A DNA stretch of 64,000 bases from positions 3,472,001 through 3,536,000 of the forward strand of contig NW_027361798.1 in the NCBI RefSeq assembly GCF_039654945.1, in the 5' to 3' direction. Source of the stretch: Dendrobates tinctorius (lineage: Eukaryota). The translations under genes were made by a program, and so were the position numbers. This document shows, one piece after another, positions 37,414 through 48,799 of the stretch; position 1 is the stretch's first letter; the number at the start of each line of letters is the position of its first letter. Below the pieces are notes generated by a model. It had not been told where the DNA came from. It did no database searches and worked only from the letters and a program-made list of their open reading frames with translations.

Positions 37414-37864
37414 ATACCAGAGGATTTTACCCACTGTGCAAAGTACTAATGGCAGATTATAACCACTGTCTCAAGCACTAATACCAGAGGATTTTACTCA
37501 CTATTCCAAGCACTAATAGATGATTATACCCACTATGCTAAGAGCTAATAGAGCATTATATTCACTGTGCCAGGCACTAATAGGGGATTATACCCACTGT
37601 CTCAAGCCTTAATAGAAGATTATACCCACTGTGCCTAGCACTAATACCAGGGGATTATGCCCATTGTGCCAAGCACTAAAAGAGGATTATACCCACTGTG
37701 TCAAGTACTAATAGCAGATTATACCCACTGTCTCAAGTACTAATACAGGATTATACCCACTGTGCCAAACACTAATAGAGGATCTTACCCACTGTGCCAA
37801 GCACTAATAGAGGATTATACCCCCTGTGCCAAACTAACAGGAGAGGATTTTACCCACTGTGCCC
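37414..37864. repeat. Minisatellite B, resumed after the CR1
   Basis: The monomer CCAAGCA|CTAATACCAGAGG resumes in register. Confidence 0.95.
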
Positions 37865-39222
37865 ATAATGCTTCAGGTAACCAAGCAAGGCTGGGATTAT
37901 CGGCTCTGTGGTTGGATCGTCGCCCACACAGAGGATCCGGCCCGGTGATTGTACAGAGACTAATGTTGAGCATTCCGATACCGCAAGTATCGGGTATCGG
38001 CCGATATTCGCGGTATCGTAATTCCGATACTGAGTACCGATACTTTTAGCATATCGAATACCGGAATCGGAAGTTCCCATAATGCTATCAGCCCGCTCGC
38101 TTTGATTCAGCCAATGGGAATCCTCAGAAGTGTGGGCACATCCTGTTAGGCATGTAGGCATGTTAACTAATGGCATGGCTGTGATTGGCTGTTGAAATGG
38201 TGTCATGATGCACTATAAAAGCCGCCCCCATTCTGGGTTCACTCTGCTGTGAATTCAGTTAGGGACAGGCTGCTCTTCTGACTCTGAGGGACAGTTAGAA
38301 ATAGCGATTTGCTATATTGTGCTTTACCCAGGCTACTTTTGCAATCACCTGAGCTTTCTTTTGCCTTGCAGCGCTGTTCACAGCTGTCTGCAAGGTCTGC
38401 AGCTCACGGTGTAGTGTGTTCTGCAGCCACCTCTGGTTGTAGGCCGCTCAGCGTGCGTCACTGCCTCATACTGTATATGTTTTTTTTTTTTTATTGCTGC
38501 TCATTTTTCCTGATTTCTCCTATTAGTGTGCATCCATCCGTATCCATATACATTGGTTGCAAACACTATAGGAGTAGACAGCGGAGCCTTTCTGCAGCCT
38601 GTCAGTGCTAGTGCCCAGTTCTCTGCACTGTTCACGGCTGTCTGTGAGGTCTCTGTGTGAGTGCAGCTCACGTTGTAGTGTGTTCTGCAGCCACCTCTGG
38701 TTGTAGTCCGCTCAGCGTGTGTCATTGCCTCATACATAGTCCTTTCTTTGTTTTATTGCAGCTCATTTTTCCTGATTTTTTTCTCCTATATTAGTGTGCT
38801 TCCATCCGTATCCATGTACATTGGTTGGTTGCAAACACTATATAGGAGTAGATAGAGGAGCCTTTGTGTTGGCTTGTGCCCTGCAGCCGCAGCCAGATTA
38901 GTATTAGCCTATTTTTTGGAGCCTCATCTATTGCATTGTAGGTTACCTTCCTGCATTGTAATAGCTCCAAAAAGTTAGAGATACTATCACTTTCAAATCT
39001 TTGGTCACATCCTTTTTGTTTTTTTAAAAAAAAAAAACACGTAAATAAAGTTCACCCAACACTCCACTTGACAGTTGTGTAGGCCACATTAGCTCCCATT
39101 AAAGTGTAGTCCACACACTTTATAAAATTAGTGTTTCTTATACCTGTAACCAGCTGTTCAGGAATAAGCACACTAAGCCCCCCCCTTTGTACTTTTCTGC
39201 CTGTCTTTATCAGTCTATCAAG

Positions 39223-42200
39223 ATGAAGAAGGCAGGGAGTAAGGCACGTGGTCGTGGGCGTGGAGTTTCAGCAGGGAGAGGACGTGGGGATTCTGCAGGG
39301 AGAGGACGTAGGGATTCTGTGCCTGCTGTTGGCACCAGTGAGTCAGCATCCCCCAGTTTTAGCAGTCAACAGTCCTTTATGCGCAGCTTTGTAGGACCTC
39401 GCCGTGCCCCACTGCTGCGGGAGGAACAAATTGAAGCAGTTGTTGGATGGATGGCAACTAACGCATCGAATTCAATGACTTCCACATCCTCTCAGGGCCA
39501 GAGCACCGAAGAGCAACCATCTGTCTCTTCACCACCTGCCAAAGTGCCCAGGCAGTCAGAGAGCCCTGGACAGGAGCCATCTCAATCTTTACTTCTGTTC
39601 TCAGAATCTGTTGGCTTGGAAAGAGGGGGCCAGCCAAGCAGCATTCAAGAATGTGAAGAAGAGGGAGTATGCAGTGATGCGCAACTGCTTTGTCCCTCAG
39701 AATCTGAAGAGGCGGGTGGGCCAGTGCCTATGGTCAGCACACCTCTGTACGCCTCACATGATGAGACTCAGGTGCCACTTTCTGTTGCGTACGGTGCTGG
39801 CGAGACTACCCAGGAGAAGCAGGTGTTTGAAAAGGGGAGTGTAGATAATGAGGTCCTTGACCCATCATGGCGTGAGGAACAGGAAGGTGGTGGGAGCAGC
39901 TCTGAGGAAGAGATTCCCCGAACGGCCAAGACAGGAGGGCAGGGGCAGACTTGGTTGCCTGTAGCCTCCACTTCGGCACCCGTTAGGAGCATTCCTCTTC
40001 CAAAACCCAAAACGTGCACTCCCAGGAATTGCAGTGCGTGGTCCTTTTTTGACACAGTTGTAGATGACATTTGCTTTGTCAAATGCAAGCTGTGTCATCA
40101 GAAAGTCAAAAGAGGGAAAAGTGTCAGCAACCTCAATACCACAAAAATGTGGAAACATGTGCGGACCAAGCACGAGGTGGAGTTACACAGACACACTGAA
40201 GACGTAGGCCAACGTACAGCACCACCTACCACCTCTTCAGCTCGTGTTGGGGCCTCTTCCTCCAGCTCACACACAGCTGGTTCAGCTTCCTCACAGGATC
40301 GCCAAGGAAGAACCTCTGGCACTGTTGTCCGGAGACCCTGTGACATTCCATCCACAGCACCACGTTCCCTGTCATCCTCACACTCCCAGGCCACTCTACA
40401 GCCATCGGTCGCACAAGCATGGGAGAAAAGGTGGCCATACTCGGCAAACCATCCCCGAGCACAGGCTCTGAATGCTGGCATTGCCAAACTACTGGCCCTT
40501 GAAATGCTCTCATTCAGGCTAGTGGAGACTGACACCTTCCGGGACTTCATGGCATTGGCAGTCCCACAATACACCGTGCCCAGCCGCTTTTATTTCAGCA
40601 GGCGAGCCGTCCCTGCCCTGCAAAAGCATGTGGAGGCAAACATAAAACATGCGATACTAAACGCCGTCAGTAGCAAGGTCCACCTGACCACCGATGCGTG
40701 GACCAGTAGCCATGGACAGGGACGATACCTTTCCCTCACTGCCCATTGGGTCAATGTTGTGGAGCCAGGTACAGATCTGGAGAGTGGCGCTGTACGTATT
40801 TTGCCAACTCCACGGATTGCAGGACTCCAGTCTGTACACATTGACTCCTACTCCTACTCAAGTTCCTCTGAAACAGCAGAGCAGGAGCCTGTTACGACCG
40901 ATATGAGAACAGCCGTGGCCAAACGTCAACAGGCCGTACTGAAATTAATCTCTTTGGGGAATCGAAGCCACACAGCGCAGGAGCTCTGGAATGCCATCAA
41001 GCAGGAGAGCGACGTGTGGTTTGTGCCAGCGAATCTCCAGCCAGACTTGGTAGTGTGTGACAATGGCCGAAATCTGGTGGCAGCTCTGGGCCTAGGCAAC
41101 CTCACTCACATCCCATGTCTGGCACATGTGCTGAACTTGGTCGTGCAGAGCTTTCTGAGGGACTATCCGGATCTTGATGCACTGCTGCACTAGGTCCGCA
41201 AAGAGTGCAGTGCGCTCACTTGCGTCGTTCCAGCATGGCAAGATCGCGCCTTGCTGCTCTGCAGCGACGATTTGGCCTTCCGGAACATCGCATCATATGT
41301 GACCTACCCACCAGGTGGAATTCAACGTTACATATGTTGGAGCGGTTGTGTGAGCAGCAGGCAGCAGTCATGGAGTACCAGCTGCATCAGGCGCAAACAA
41401 GTCGCACTGTGCGCCGGTCACACTTCAGCACCACTGAGTGGGCCTCTATGAAGGACATCTGCTTCGTTTTGCGTGCCTTCGCTGACTCCACGCGGATGGC
41501 CAGTGCAGATGATGCACTAATCAGCATGACTGTCCCCCTTATCTGCATGCTTCAAAAAACACCGCAAGCACTAAGGGAGGAGGTTTTGGAAGAGGTGGAG
41601 GATGAGGAGTCCCAAATGCCATCTGCTTCTGGACAGTCTGCACTACGTGCTTCCTCACAAAGGCCTAGGCAGGGGACACAGTGTGAGGAGGATGAGGAGG
41701 AGTCGATGGAGGAGGAAGACATCTCTCCACAGGAGGGAGGTACACAAAGCTCTAGTCAGTATGTACAGCGAGGGTGGGGTGATGCAGAGCAGGCACAGAT
41801 GACGACTCAAGCAGGGGACAGAGGTTCTTGGGCAGTTGGGAGTCTGCAGCACATGGTTGATTTCATGCTGCAATGCCTGAGAAATGACCGCCGCATCGCC
41901 CACATTCTCTACTCGGCTGATTATTGGGTGTACACCCTCCTAGATCCTCGCTACCGGGACAACTTACAAAGCCTCATAGCACCGTTGAACCGGGAGCGTA
42001 AAATGCGGGCGTACCAAGACACACTGGTGCAGGCCATCATGTTCTCCATTCCACCCGACAGCAGTGGTGCTAGTGCTTTACAAAGCAGCTCTGTGCGTCG
42101 AGGCAGTGGAGGAAGCTCTACACAGAGGGAGCAGAGGCAGCGCCTCAGCACAAGGCAAGACCAGTATGGCCCAAATGTGGCAAAGTTTTGAGTGCCCGCC

Positions 42201-42549
42201 ACAAATGTCTACACCATCACAGACGGCTCCAGTCAGCAGGAGGCAACGTTTTCGTCAGATGGTGACAGACTGCATGTCTTGCCCTGTGAGTGTACTCCCA
42301 GACGGCTCTTCCCCCGTCAATTTTTGGGTCTCTAAGCTGGATACATGGCCAGAGCTTAGCCAGTATGCATTGGAGGTGCTGGCTTGCCCTGCTGCTAGAG
42401 TATTATCGAAACGCGTCTTTAGTGCAGCAGGTGGTGTACTAACAGATCGTCGCACGTGACTATCCTTCGATAACGTTGGCCGGCTTACTTTTCTGAAAAT
42501 GAACAAGGCCTGGATCTCACCGGAATTTGCCAGTCCTCTTCCAGAATAA
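39223..42549 (+). pseudogene. hAT transposase (BED zinc finger, DDE core, hATC dimerisation domain), disrupted
   Basis: BED finger AWSFF...CKLC...WKHVRTKH; HLTTDAW, VCDNGRN, HIPCLAHVLNL, PTRWNST, LLDPRY, FW...WPELSQYALEVLACPAA..SKRVFS. Stops at 41191 and 42457, frameshifts near 41205 and 42120. Confidence 0.93.
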
Positions 42550-42762
42550 ATAATTAGTTGGCAACAGTATCCGGGTCTCCTGTTGTGTTCATGTTTCTAC
42601 CACCTGAACTGTAATCCCTGGGCTCCAACGCAGCCAGTTGTTGCTCAGAAGTGCCGTCTGCACAGAGAAAAACACTAGCTCCTGTGTTATTGGGGTTCAG
42701 TAACGCCAGCTGCTCCCCTGCTGTGTGTCCGGCAATATCTCCTGCTCTGTTGTGAGCTCATT

Positions 42763-43098
42763 ATCTTGTTCGCCTGTGTCTCAGCGCCGACGTCTACGGC
42801 TTTACCTGCCGCTGCGCTGCACTAACCGCAGCTACTCTTGGTCACTGTCGCGACGCCACACGCAGGCCTCTGTGACATTAACTGAGCCGAGTCTCGGCAT
42901 CACATTGTTCCTTGCGACTCTGTGCCAGAACAGAGCCGTCCTTAGCGTTCAGGTGACGTTAACCCGAGCGCAGCACCTCATTGATTAAGTGCATCTGCCA
43001 TTGTTCAGCAGCGGTCTTCTCACCTACCGCACGGTGGACTCCGGGCGGCGAACGCACCTCCTGTTATTTTATATTTGGTGCGTTCCGCCGTCCTAACA
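42763..43098 (+). mobile_element. 3' part of an LTR related to the Gypsy B LTR
   Basis: Diverged match to the reverse complement of about 45030-45380; ends GTTCCGCCGTCCTAACA. Confidence 0.8.
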
Positions 43099-43280
43099 AT
43101 CAGATTTTACACTTGCTCCAAGTAGGCCTCAGCCTACTCCATGATTGACCCTGGGCTCCAACACTGCCAGTTGCTGCTCAGAAGTGCCATCTGCACAGAG
43201 AAAAACACTAGCTCCTGTGTTAGTGGGGTTCAATAACGCCAGCTGCTCCCCTGCTGTGTGTCCGGCAACATCTCCTGCTC

Positions 43281-44106
43281 TGTTGTGAGCTCATTTTCTC
43301 GTTCACCTTTGATGTCCGATGAACTCCCTCTGCTGGTGAAAGGAGGTAGTGAAACTGATTTGGATGGGAGAAACCTGTCACCTGAACAGGTGGATTGCGA
43401 TTGGACATCCGGAATCTCTGAGTGGATATAAGGCAGCCGACACCCTGTAGGGTTGCTGGTGATTTCTCTGCTCTGAGCTCTGGCCTCCAGTTCAGTTCCT
43501 GTCTTCTAAAGCTAAGTTTTGCTCTGTTATCGTTCCATGAGATTTTGTCTGATTTGCTTAGTTTTTTGTTCTGACAGCCCCAGCTGGGGCTCTGCTGAAT
43601 TTCCATTTTTGTCCCTGATCGGTTAAATCTCTTTTGCTCTGTCTTCAGAATATATCGGAGTGCTGATATAGGGATTTTGAAGTCTAGTGACTTCAGGGCC
43701 GTTTTTCCTATCAGACGTGTTGGGAAATTTTTGGTAGGGTTTTTGCAGATTGCAGCCAGCATCTTTTCTGTCCTTTCCTATCTAGTTAGTTGGACCCCAT
43801 CGTTTGCTCTGTCTGTCTTTCTGTCTGTGTTAGTGTTTTCATCTGTTTTCACCGACAATACATGATGGGGGCTGTCTATTGCTTTGGGGTCTGCTCTGGG
43901 GCAGTTTAGATTTCCCTTTTCTTTCTTTAGGCTTATTTAGCTCTCTGGCTGTGACGAGGTGTCTAGGATCACCGTAGGAACCCCCCACGGCTACTGTTGT
44001 GTGAATAGGATCAGGGGTCTGCAATCCGTTAGCTACCAACCTCTCCGGTTTTATGGACTTGACTTGCATTTTTGTTTTTTCCTCCTCCGGTGATTCATTC
44101 ATAACA
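43281..44106 (+). repeat. Putative 5' LTR of Gypsy A
   Basis: TGTTGTG...ATAACA termini, TATA-like TATAAG at about 43427, directly upstream of gag. There is no second LTR to confirm the boundaries. Confidence 0.7.
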
Positions 44107-44249
44107 GAATCACCAGCCATACCGCAGATTCTAGGGTACTCAATAGCAGAAAGGAATTGTAAAAAAAAAACAAAAAGTATCAGAATTTTTTTTTTTTCTT
44201 TTGTATATTTTTTCCTCTTTTTCTCTGGGGCCGTAGGAGGAATTTTTTC

Positions 44250-45029
44250 TTGATGGAGATTAAGCAATTGTCTGATTGTATGGAGCAGTTCGCTGCTGAA
44301 GTGCGGGGAATTTCCTCCAATCTCGCTCATTCACACGCTGCTGAACCAAAGATCCCTACTCCTGATGTGTTTTTTGGGGATCGGTCTAAATTTTTGAATT
44401 TTAAGAATAATTGTAAATTATTTCTTGCCTTGCAGCCTAACTCATCGGGGAGCTCCGCGCAGCAGGTTAAAATTGTCATCTCTTTGCTGCGCGGCGATCC
44501 CCAGGATTGGGCGTTTTCTTTGACACCTGATGATTCTATTCTAACTAATGTGGACGCATTTTTTCAAGCCTTGGGGTTGTTGTATGATGAACCTAATGCT
44601 ATTGATCAAGCTGAAAAAGCCCTGTTGGCATTGAGCCAGGGTCAGGATTCTGCAGAGTTGTACTGTCAAAAATTCCGAAAGTTGCCGGTCCTTACTACCT
44701 GGAATGATAATGCATTGGCAGCTCTCTTTCAGAAGGGTTTGTCAGAAACCATAAAAGATACTATGGTGGGATTTCCTGTTCCCTCTGGTCTTGACGATTC
44801 TATGTCATTAGCCATTCAGGTGGATCGGCGTTTATGTGAACGTAAAATTACACGAGAAATGTTGCCACCTGTTGAACAAATGTCTGAACCTATGCAATGT
44901 GATAGAGTTTTGCCTGGGGCGCAGCGTCAGGAGTTCAGAAGGCGTAATAAGCTGTGTTTTTTCTGTGGAGACGCCTCTCATAATATTTCTGTCTGCCATA
45001 GACGAGAGAAACGCTTTGCACACACATTT
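44250..45029 (+). pseudogene. Gypsy A gag
   Basis: EPKIPTPDVFFGDRSKF, ISLLRGDPQDWA, EPMQCD, CFFCGDASHNISVC; cut by the insertion at 45030. Confidence 0.9.
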
Positions 45030-45920
45030 TGTTATGGTCGGCGGAACGCAACAGATATAAAATAATAAGAGGTGCGTTCGCCGCCCGGGGTCCACCGTGC
45101 GGTAGTTGATAAGACCGCTGCTGGGCAATGGCAGATGCACCAGAAGGTGAAGTAGTGCGCACGGGTTAACGTCACCTGAACGCTAGGAGCGGCTCTGTTC
45201 AGACACAGAGTCGCTTGCCAGAAATATATACAAAGGTGCTGGCCCTGTTATCGTCACAGGAGTCAGCGTGTGGCGTCGCAGCCGCGAACACCAATAGCTG
45301 CTGTTAATGCAGCGCAGCGGCAACTATAGCCGCAAGCGTCGGCGCCGAGGACTGGGCACCGATGGACGCTAGTGTAGGCGAAGCAGCACTGTGGCGTAGC
45401 TTGCCTCTACCTGGTGCTGACATAAGAACACTCTCTGTCACCAATCGTATTATCCAAGGGAAGGGGTTTCATAATGAGTCAGCCACCAGTCCATGCATCC
45501 ATCACCATTCACACACATAGCAAGATAAGTCTACACTAGCGCATCGTCGAGCCGCCCTGCGGGCTTTTTATAGCGATGCGCTTCCGGAACCTTCCATTAG
45601 CTTGGGAAGGACCAATCAGATCCGACGCAGGACCTGAGCATGTGACCCCTGCTCTCCAGTGAGAGGTCAAGTTGCGGGCATGCCCAGTAGCACGGCATGA
45701 GGACTTAGCCTCAGGAGCGGTTCCCTGCAAAGCAGGTTGCGCTGTTATTACTGCACCAGAGGTGGCAGCAACGTCCAGGCTGCCAGAGCGAGTCTGAGCA
45801 GTAAGCCTGGCTCGCTGTGTTTGCTGAGCAACACCCGGAGCGGTTGAAGAAGAATGGGAGACCGCAGCATGTCTGGCTCTGGATTCCTGCTGTGCAGTGC
45901 CAGGAATCCGACGCCCAACA
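45030..45920 (-). repeat. 3' LTR of Gypsy B
   Basis: Direct repeat of 51851-52741 (about 27 mismatches by manual count); next to the PPT; TATAAAAAG and CCAAT inside. Confidence 0.97.
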
Positions 45921-47027
45921 TTACCCCCCCCCCCCAGGGCCCCCTTCCCTCCGAGCCTCACCGCGCCCAAAAGCAGCGATCAGGAGCGGTGCATGAATGT
46001 TCTCCACCGGCTCCCAGGTCCGAGCCTCAGGACCTTGACCCTTCCAGTCCACCAAATAAAACTATTTGCCACGGACAAGCCTGCGCCCCACGATGGCATT
46101 AACCTCAAACCCGTCAGACGATAAGTCTGATGACCCGGTGGATGGTTCAGAAAACCGGACTATGTGAACTGGTTTGAGGAGGGACACATGAAACATGTCC
46201 GATATGGACAAATGTGGAGGAAGAGCCAGGCGGTAGACCACTGAGCTAAGTCGCTCGAGGACCTTGAACAGTCCAATGTAACGTGGTGCGAATTTGGGAG
46301 ACTCGACCCGCAGTTTGATATTCCGGGTGGAGAGCCACACCATGTCACCAGGGGAGAAGCTTGGTGCGTGTCGGCGGACGCCCTCATCCTTTCTTTAGAT
46401 GCCCGGATAGCATCCTGCGTGCGATCCCAAATGTCCCGGGCCTCCACTGCCCAGTCTGCCACCCTGGAGTCAGCGGAGGACACCGGCATTGGGACAGGGA
46501 CGCGAGGGTGTTGACCATAATTTAGGAGAAAAGGCGTCTGACCAGTGGAATCGGCCACCGCATTGTTTAGGGCAAACTCAGCCCAAGGCAGCAAGGATGC
46601 CCAGTCATCCTGCCTGGCAGAGACAAAATGTCGTAGATAGGTGACCAAGGTCTGATTGGCCCTTTCGACAAAGCCATTCGTCTCGGGATGGTAGGCGGAA
46701 GACAGATTTAGCTCGATGCTGAGTAAGCTGCAGAGCTCCCTCCAAAACCGAGACGCAAACTGCGGACCTCGGTCACTTACGATTTTGTCCGGCATACCAT
46801 GTAAACGGAATACATGCTTAATGAACAGGACGGCCAGACCTCGGGCGGAGGGTAGGCGTGCGAGTGGCACCAGATGTGCCATTTTGGAAAAATGGTCGGT
46901 AACCACCCAGATGACCGTACTGCCACTGGACTTGGGCAGGCCAACTATAAAGTCAATGCCCACCATTTCCCATGGTCTATCCGCTACTGGCAGGGGAAAC
47001 AAGAGCCCCGCCGGCCTCTGTCTAGAG

Positions 47028-48799
47028 CAGTGGTCCCCAACCCTTTTTGCACCAGGGACCGGCTTGAACCAAGACCATTCTTCCATGGCCCGGCAGGGCG
47101 GGGATGGAGGTGTGACAGGGGCGGGGCTTTGGTCATAAGGGGGCGGGGCTATGGACGCGGTTGTAGTTTAGCCGTGCATATTTATCATTTAATTATAACA
47201 TTTTTAATGTGACTCAACTCACCATAGGTTTTGAATGAGTGGGAGCACCTGGCTTGTTTCTGTTTCAGTGGGAGCACTGGGCTACTTCTACTGATGACCG
47301 TCACTGCTAATGATGATTGGAACCTACAAGGAAATGGAGCATTGAGCACTTAAGAACAATTGTACTGGAGTACTGTACATGCTGATTATTTTCTAATCAT
47401 CAGAAAATGTATGTGTGGTCCCCCCCGTCCAGCTCTGTGTGGCTCCCCCTGTTGTATGCATGGCTCCCCTGTCCCATCCTGTATGCATGGCTCCCCTGTC
47501 CCATCCTGTATACATGGCTCTGCTCCCACTCTCCCATCCTGTATACATGGCTCCGCTCCCACTCTTCTATCCTGTATACATGGCTCCCCTGTCCCATCCT
47601 GTATGCATGGCTCCGCTCCCATTCTCCCTCCCCTGTGTATATGGCTCCGTTCCCAGTCTCCCTCGCTTGTATATATGGCTCTGCTCCCACTCTCCCTCCC
47701 CTGTGTATATGGCTCCGCTCTCATTCTCCCTCCCCTGTGTATATGGCTCCGCTCCCATTCTCCCTCCCCTGTGTATATGGCTCCGCTCCCATTCTCCCTC
47801 CTGTGTATATGGCTCCGCTCCCATTCTCCCTCCCCTGTATATATGGCTCCGCTCCCATTCTCCCTCCCCTGTGTATATGGCTCCGCTCCCATTCTCCCTC
47901 CCCTGTGTATATGGCTCCGCTCCCATTCTCCCTCCTGTGTATATGGCTCCGCTCCCATTCTCCCTCCCCTGTATATATGGCTCCGCTCCCAGTCTCCCTC
48001 CCCTGTGTATATGGCCCGCTCCCAGTCTCCCTCCCTTGCATATGGCTCCGCTCCCACCCTCCCTCCCTTGTATATATGGCTCCGCTCCCACTCTCCCTCC
48101 CCTGTGTATATGGCTCCGCTCCCAGTCTCCCTCCCCTGTGTATATGGCTCCGCTCCCAGTCTCCCTCCCCTGTGTATATGGCTCCACTCCCAGTCTCCCT
48201 CCCCTGTGTATATGGCTCCGCTCCCAGTCTCCCTCCCCTGTGTATATGGCTCCGCTCCCATTCTCCCTCCCCTGTGTATATGGCTCCGCTCCCACTCTCC
48301 CTCCCCTGTGTATATGGCTCCGCTCCCACTCTCCCTCCCCTGTGTATATGGCTCCGCTCCCACTCTCCCTCCCCTGTGTATATGGCTCCGCTCCCACTCT
48401 CTCTCCCTTATATTTATGGCTCCGCTTGGCTCCCCCATCCTCCCCATCATACTTACCCTCACGTCGCTGAACTTCCTTCCCGTCGCTGCACGTCCCTGCA
48501 TCTCGCGACGCTTCAGCTTCTTCCTGTGCGGAGCGGTCACGTGCTACCGCTCATTAAGGTCCATGAATATGGACGCCACGCCTATGGGAGATGAGTGGCG
48601 TCCATATTCATGACCTTAAATGAGCGGTAGCACGTGACCGCTCAGCGCTGGATGAAGCCGCCGCTGGATGAAGCCGCCGCGGGATGCAGGGTGAGTATCA
48701 GCTGCTGCACCGCCCCCCGGCTCCCCTTGTGTCCGCGGACCGGCAAGGGCACTGCAACGGCCCGGTGCTGGGCCGCGGACCGGCGGTTGGGGACCCCTG
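47028..48799. mobile_element. Non-autonomous hAT element (Charlie/Buster-type MITE) inserted in the Gypsy B integrase
   Basis: TIRs CAGTGGTCCCCAACC / GGTTGGGGACCCCTG (14/15). 8-bp TSD GTCTAGAG (47020-47027) / GTCTAAAG (48800-48807), fitting the nTCTAGAn preference. Confidence 0.93.
47430..48430. repeat. 34-bp minisatellite TGGCTCCGCTCCCATTCTCCCTCCCCTGTGTATA inside the MITE
   Basis: Period 34 (47711/47745), with 27- and 30-bp variants. Confidence 0.95.

Larger units (their letters stand above)
37961..43280 (+). mobile_element. Autonomous-type hAT DNA transposon (left end and transposase present; right end not found)
   Basis: Starts TAATGTTGAGCATTCCGATAC exactly where the match to the spacer paralogue 33814-33899 breaks. 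Subterminal CCGATAC/GTATCGG repeats at 37975-38070, CCAAT and TATAAAA at about 38111-38220, a ~264-bp internal tandem duplication (38398/38662), then the transposase. Confidence 0.85.

Noticed and set aside
39187-42549. Domesticated ZBED-type gene
   Set aside because: Two stops and two frameshifts, with a transposon end still attached, indicate a decayed transposase.
47360-48613. Several 200-400 aa ORFs on both strands
   Set aside because: Translations of the 34-bp minisatellite inside the MITE.
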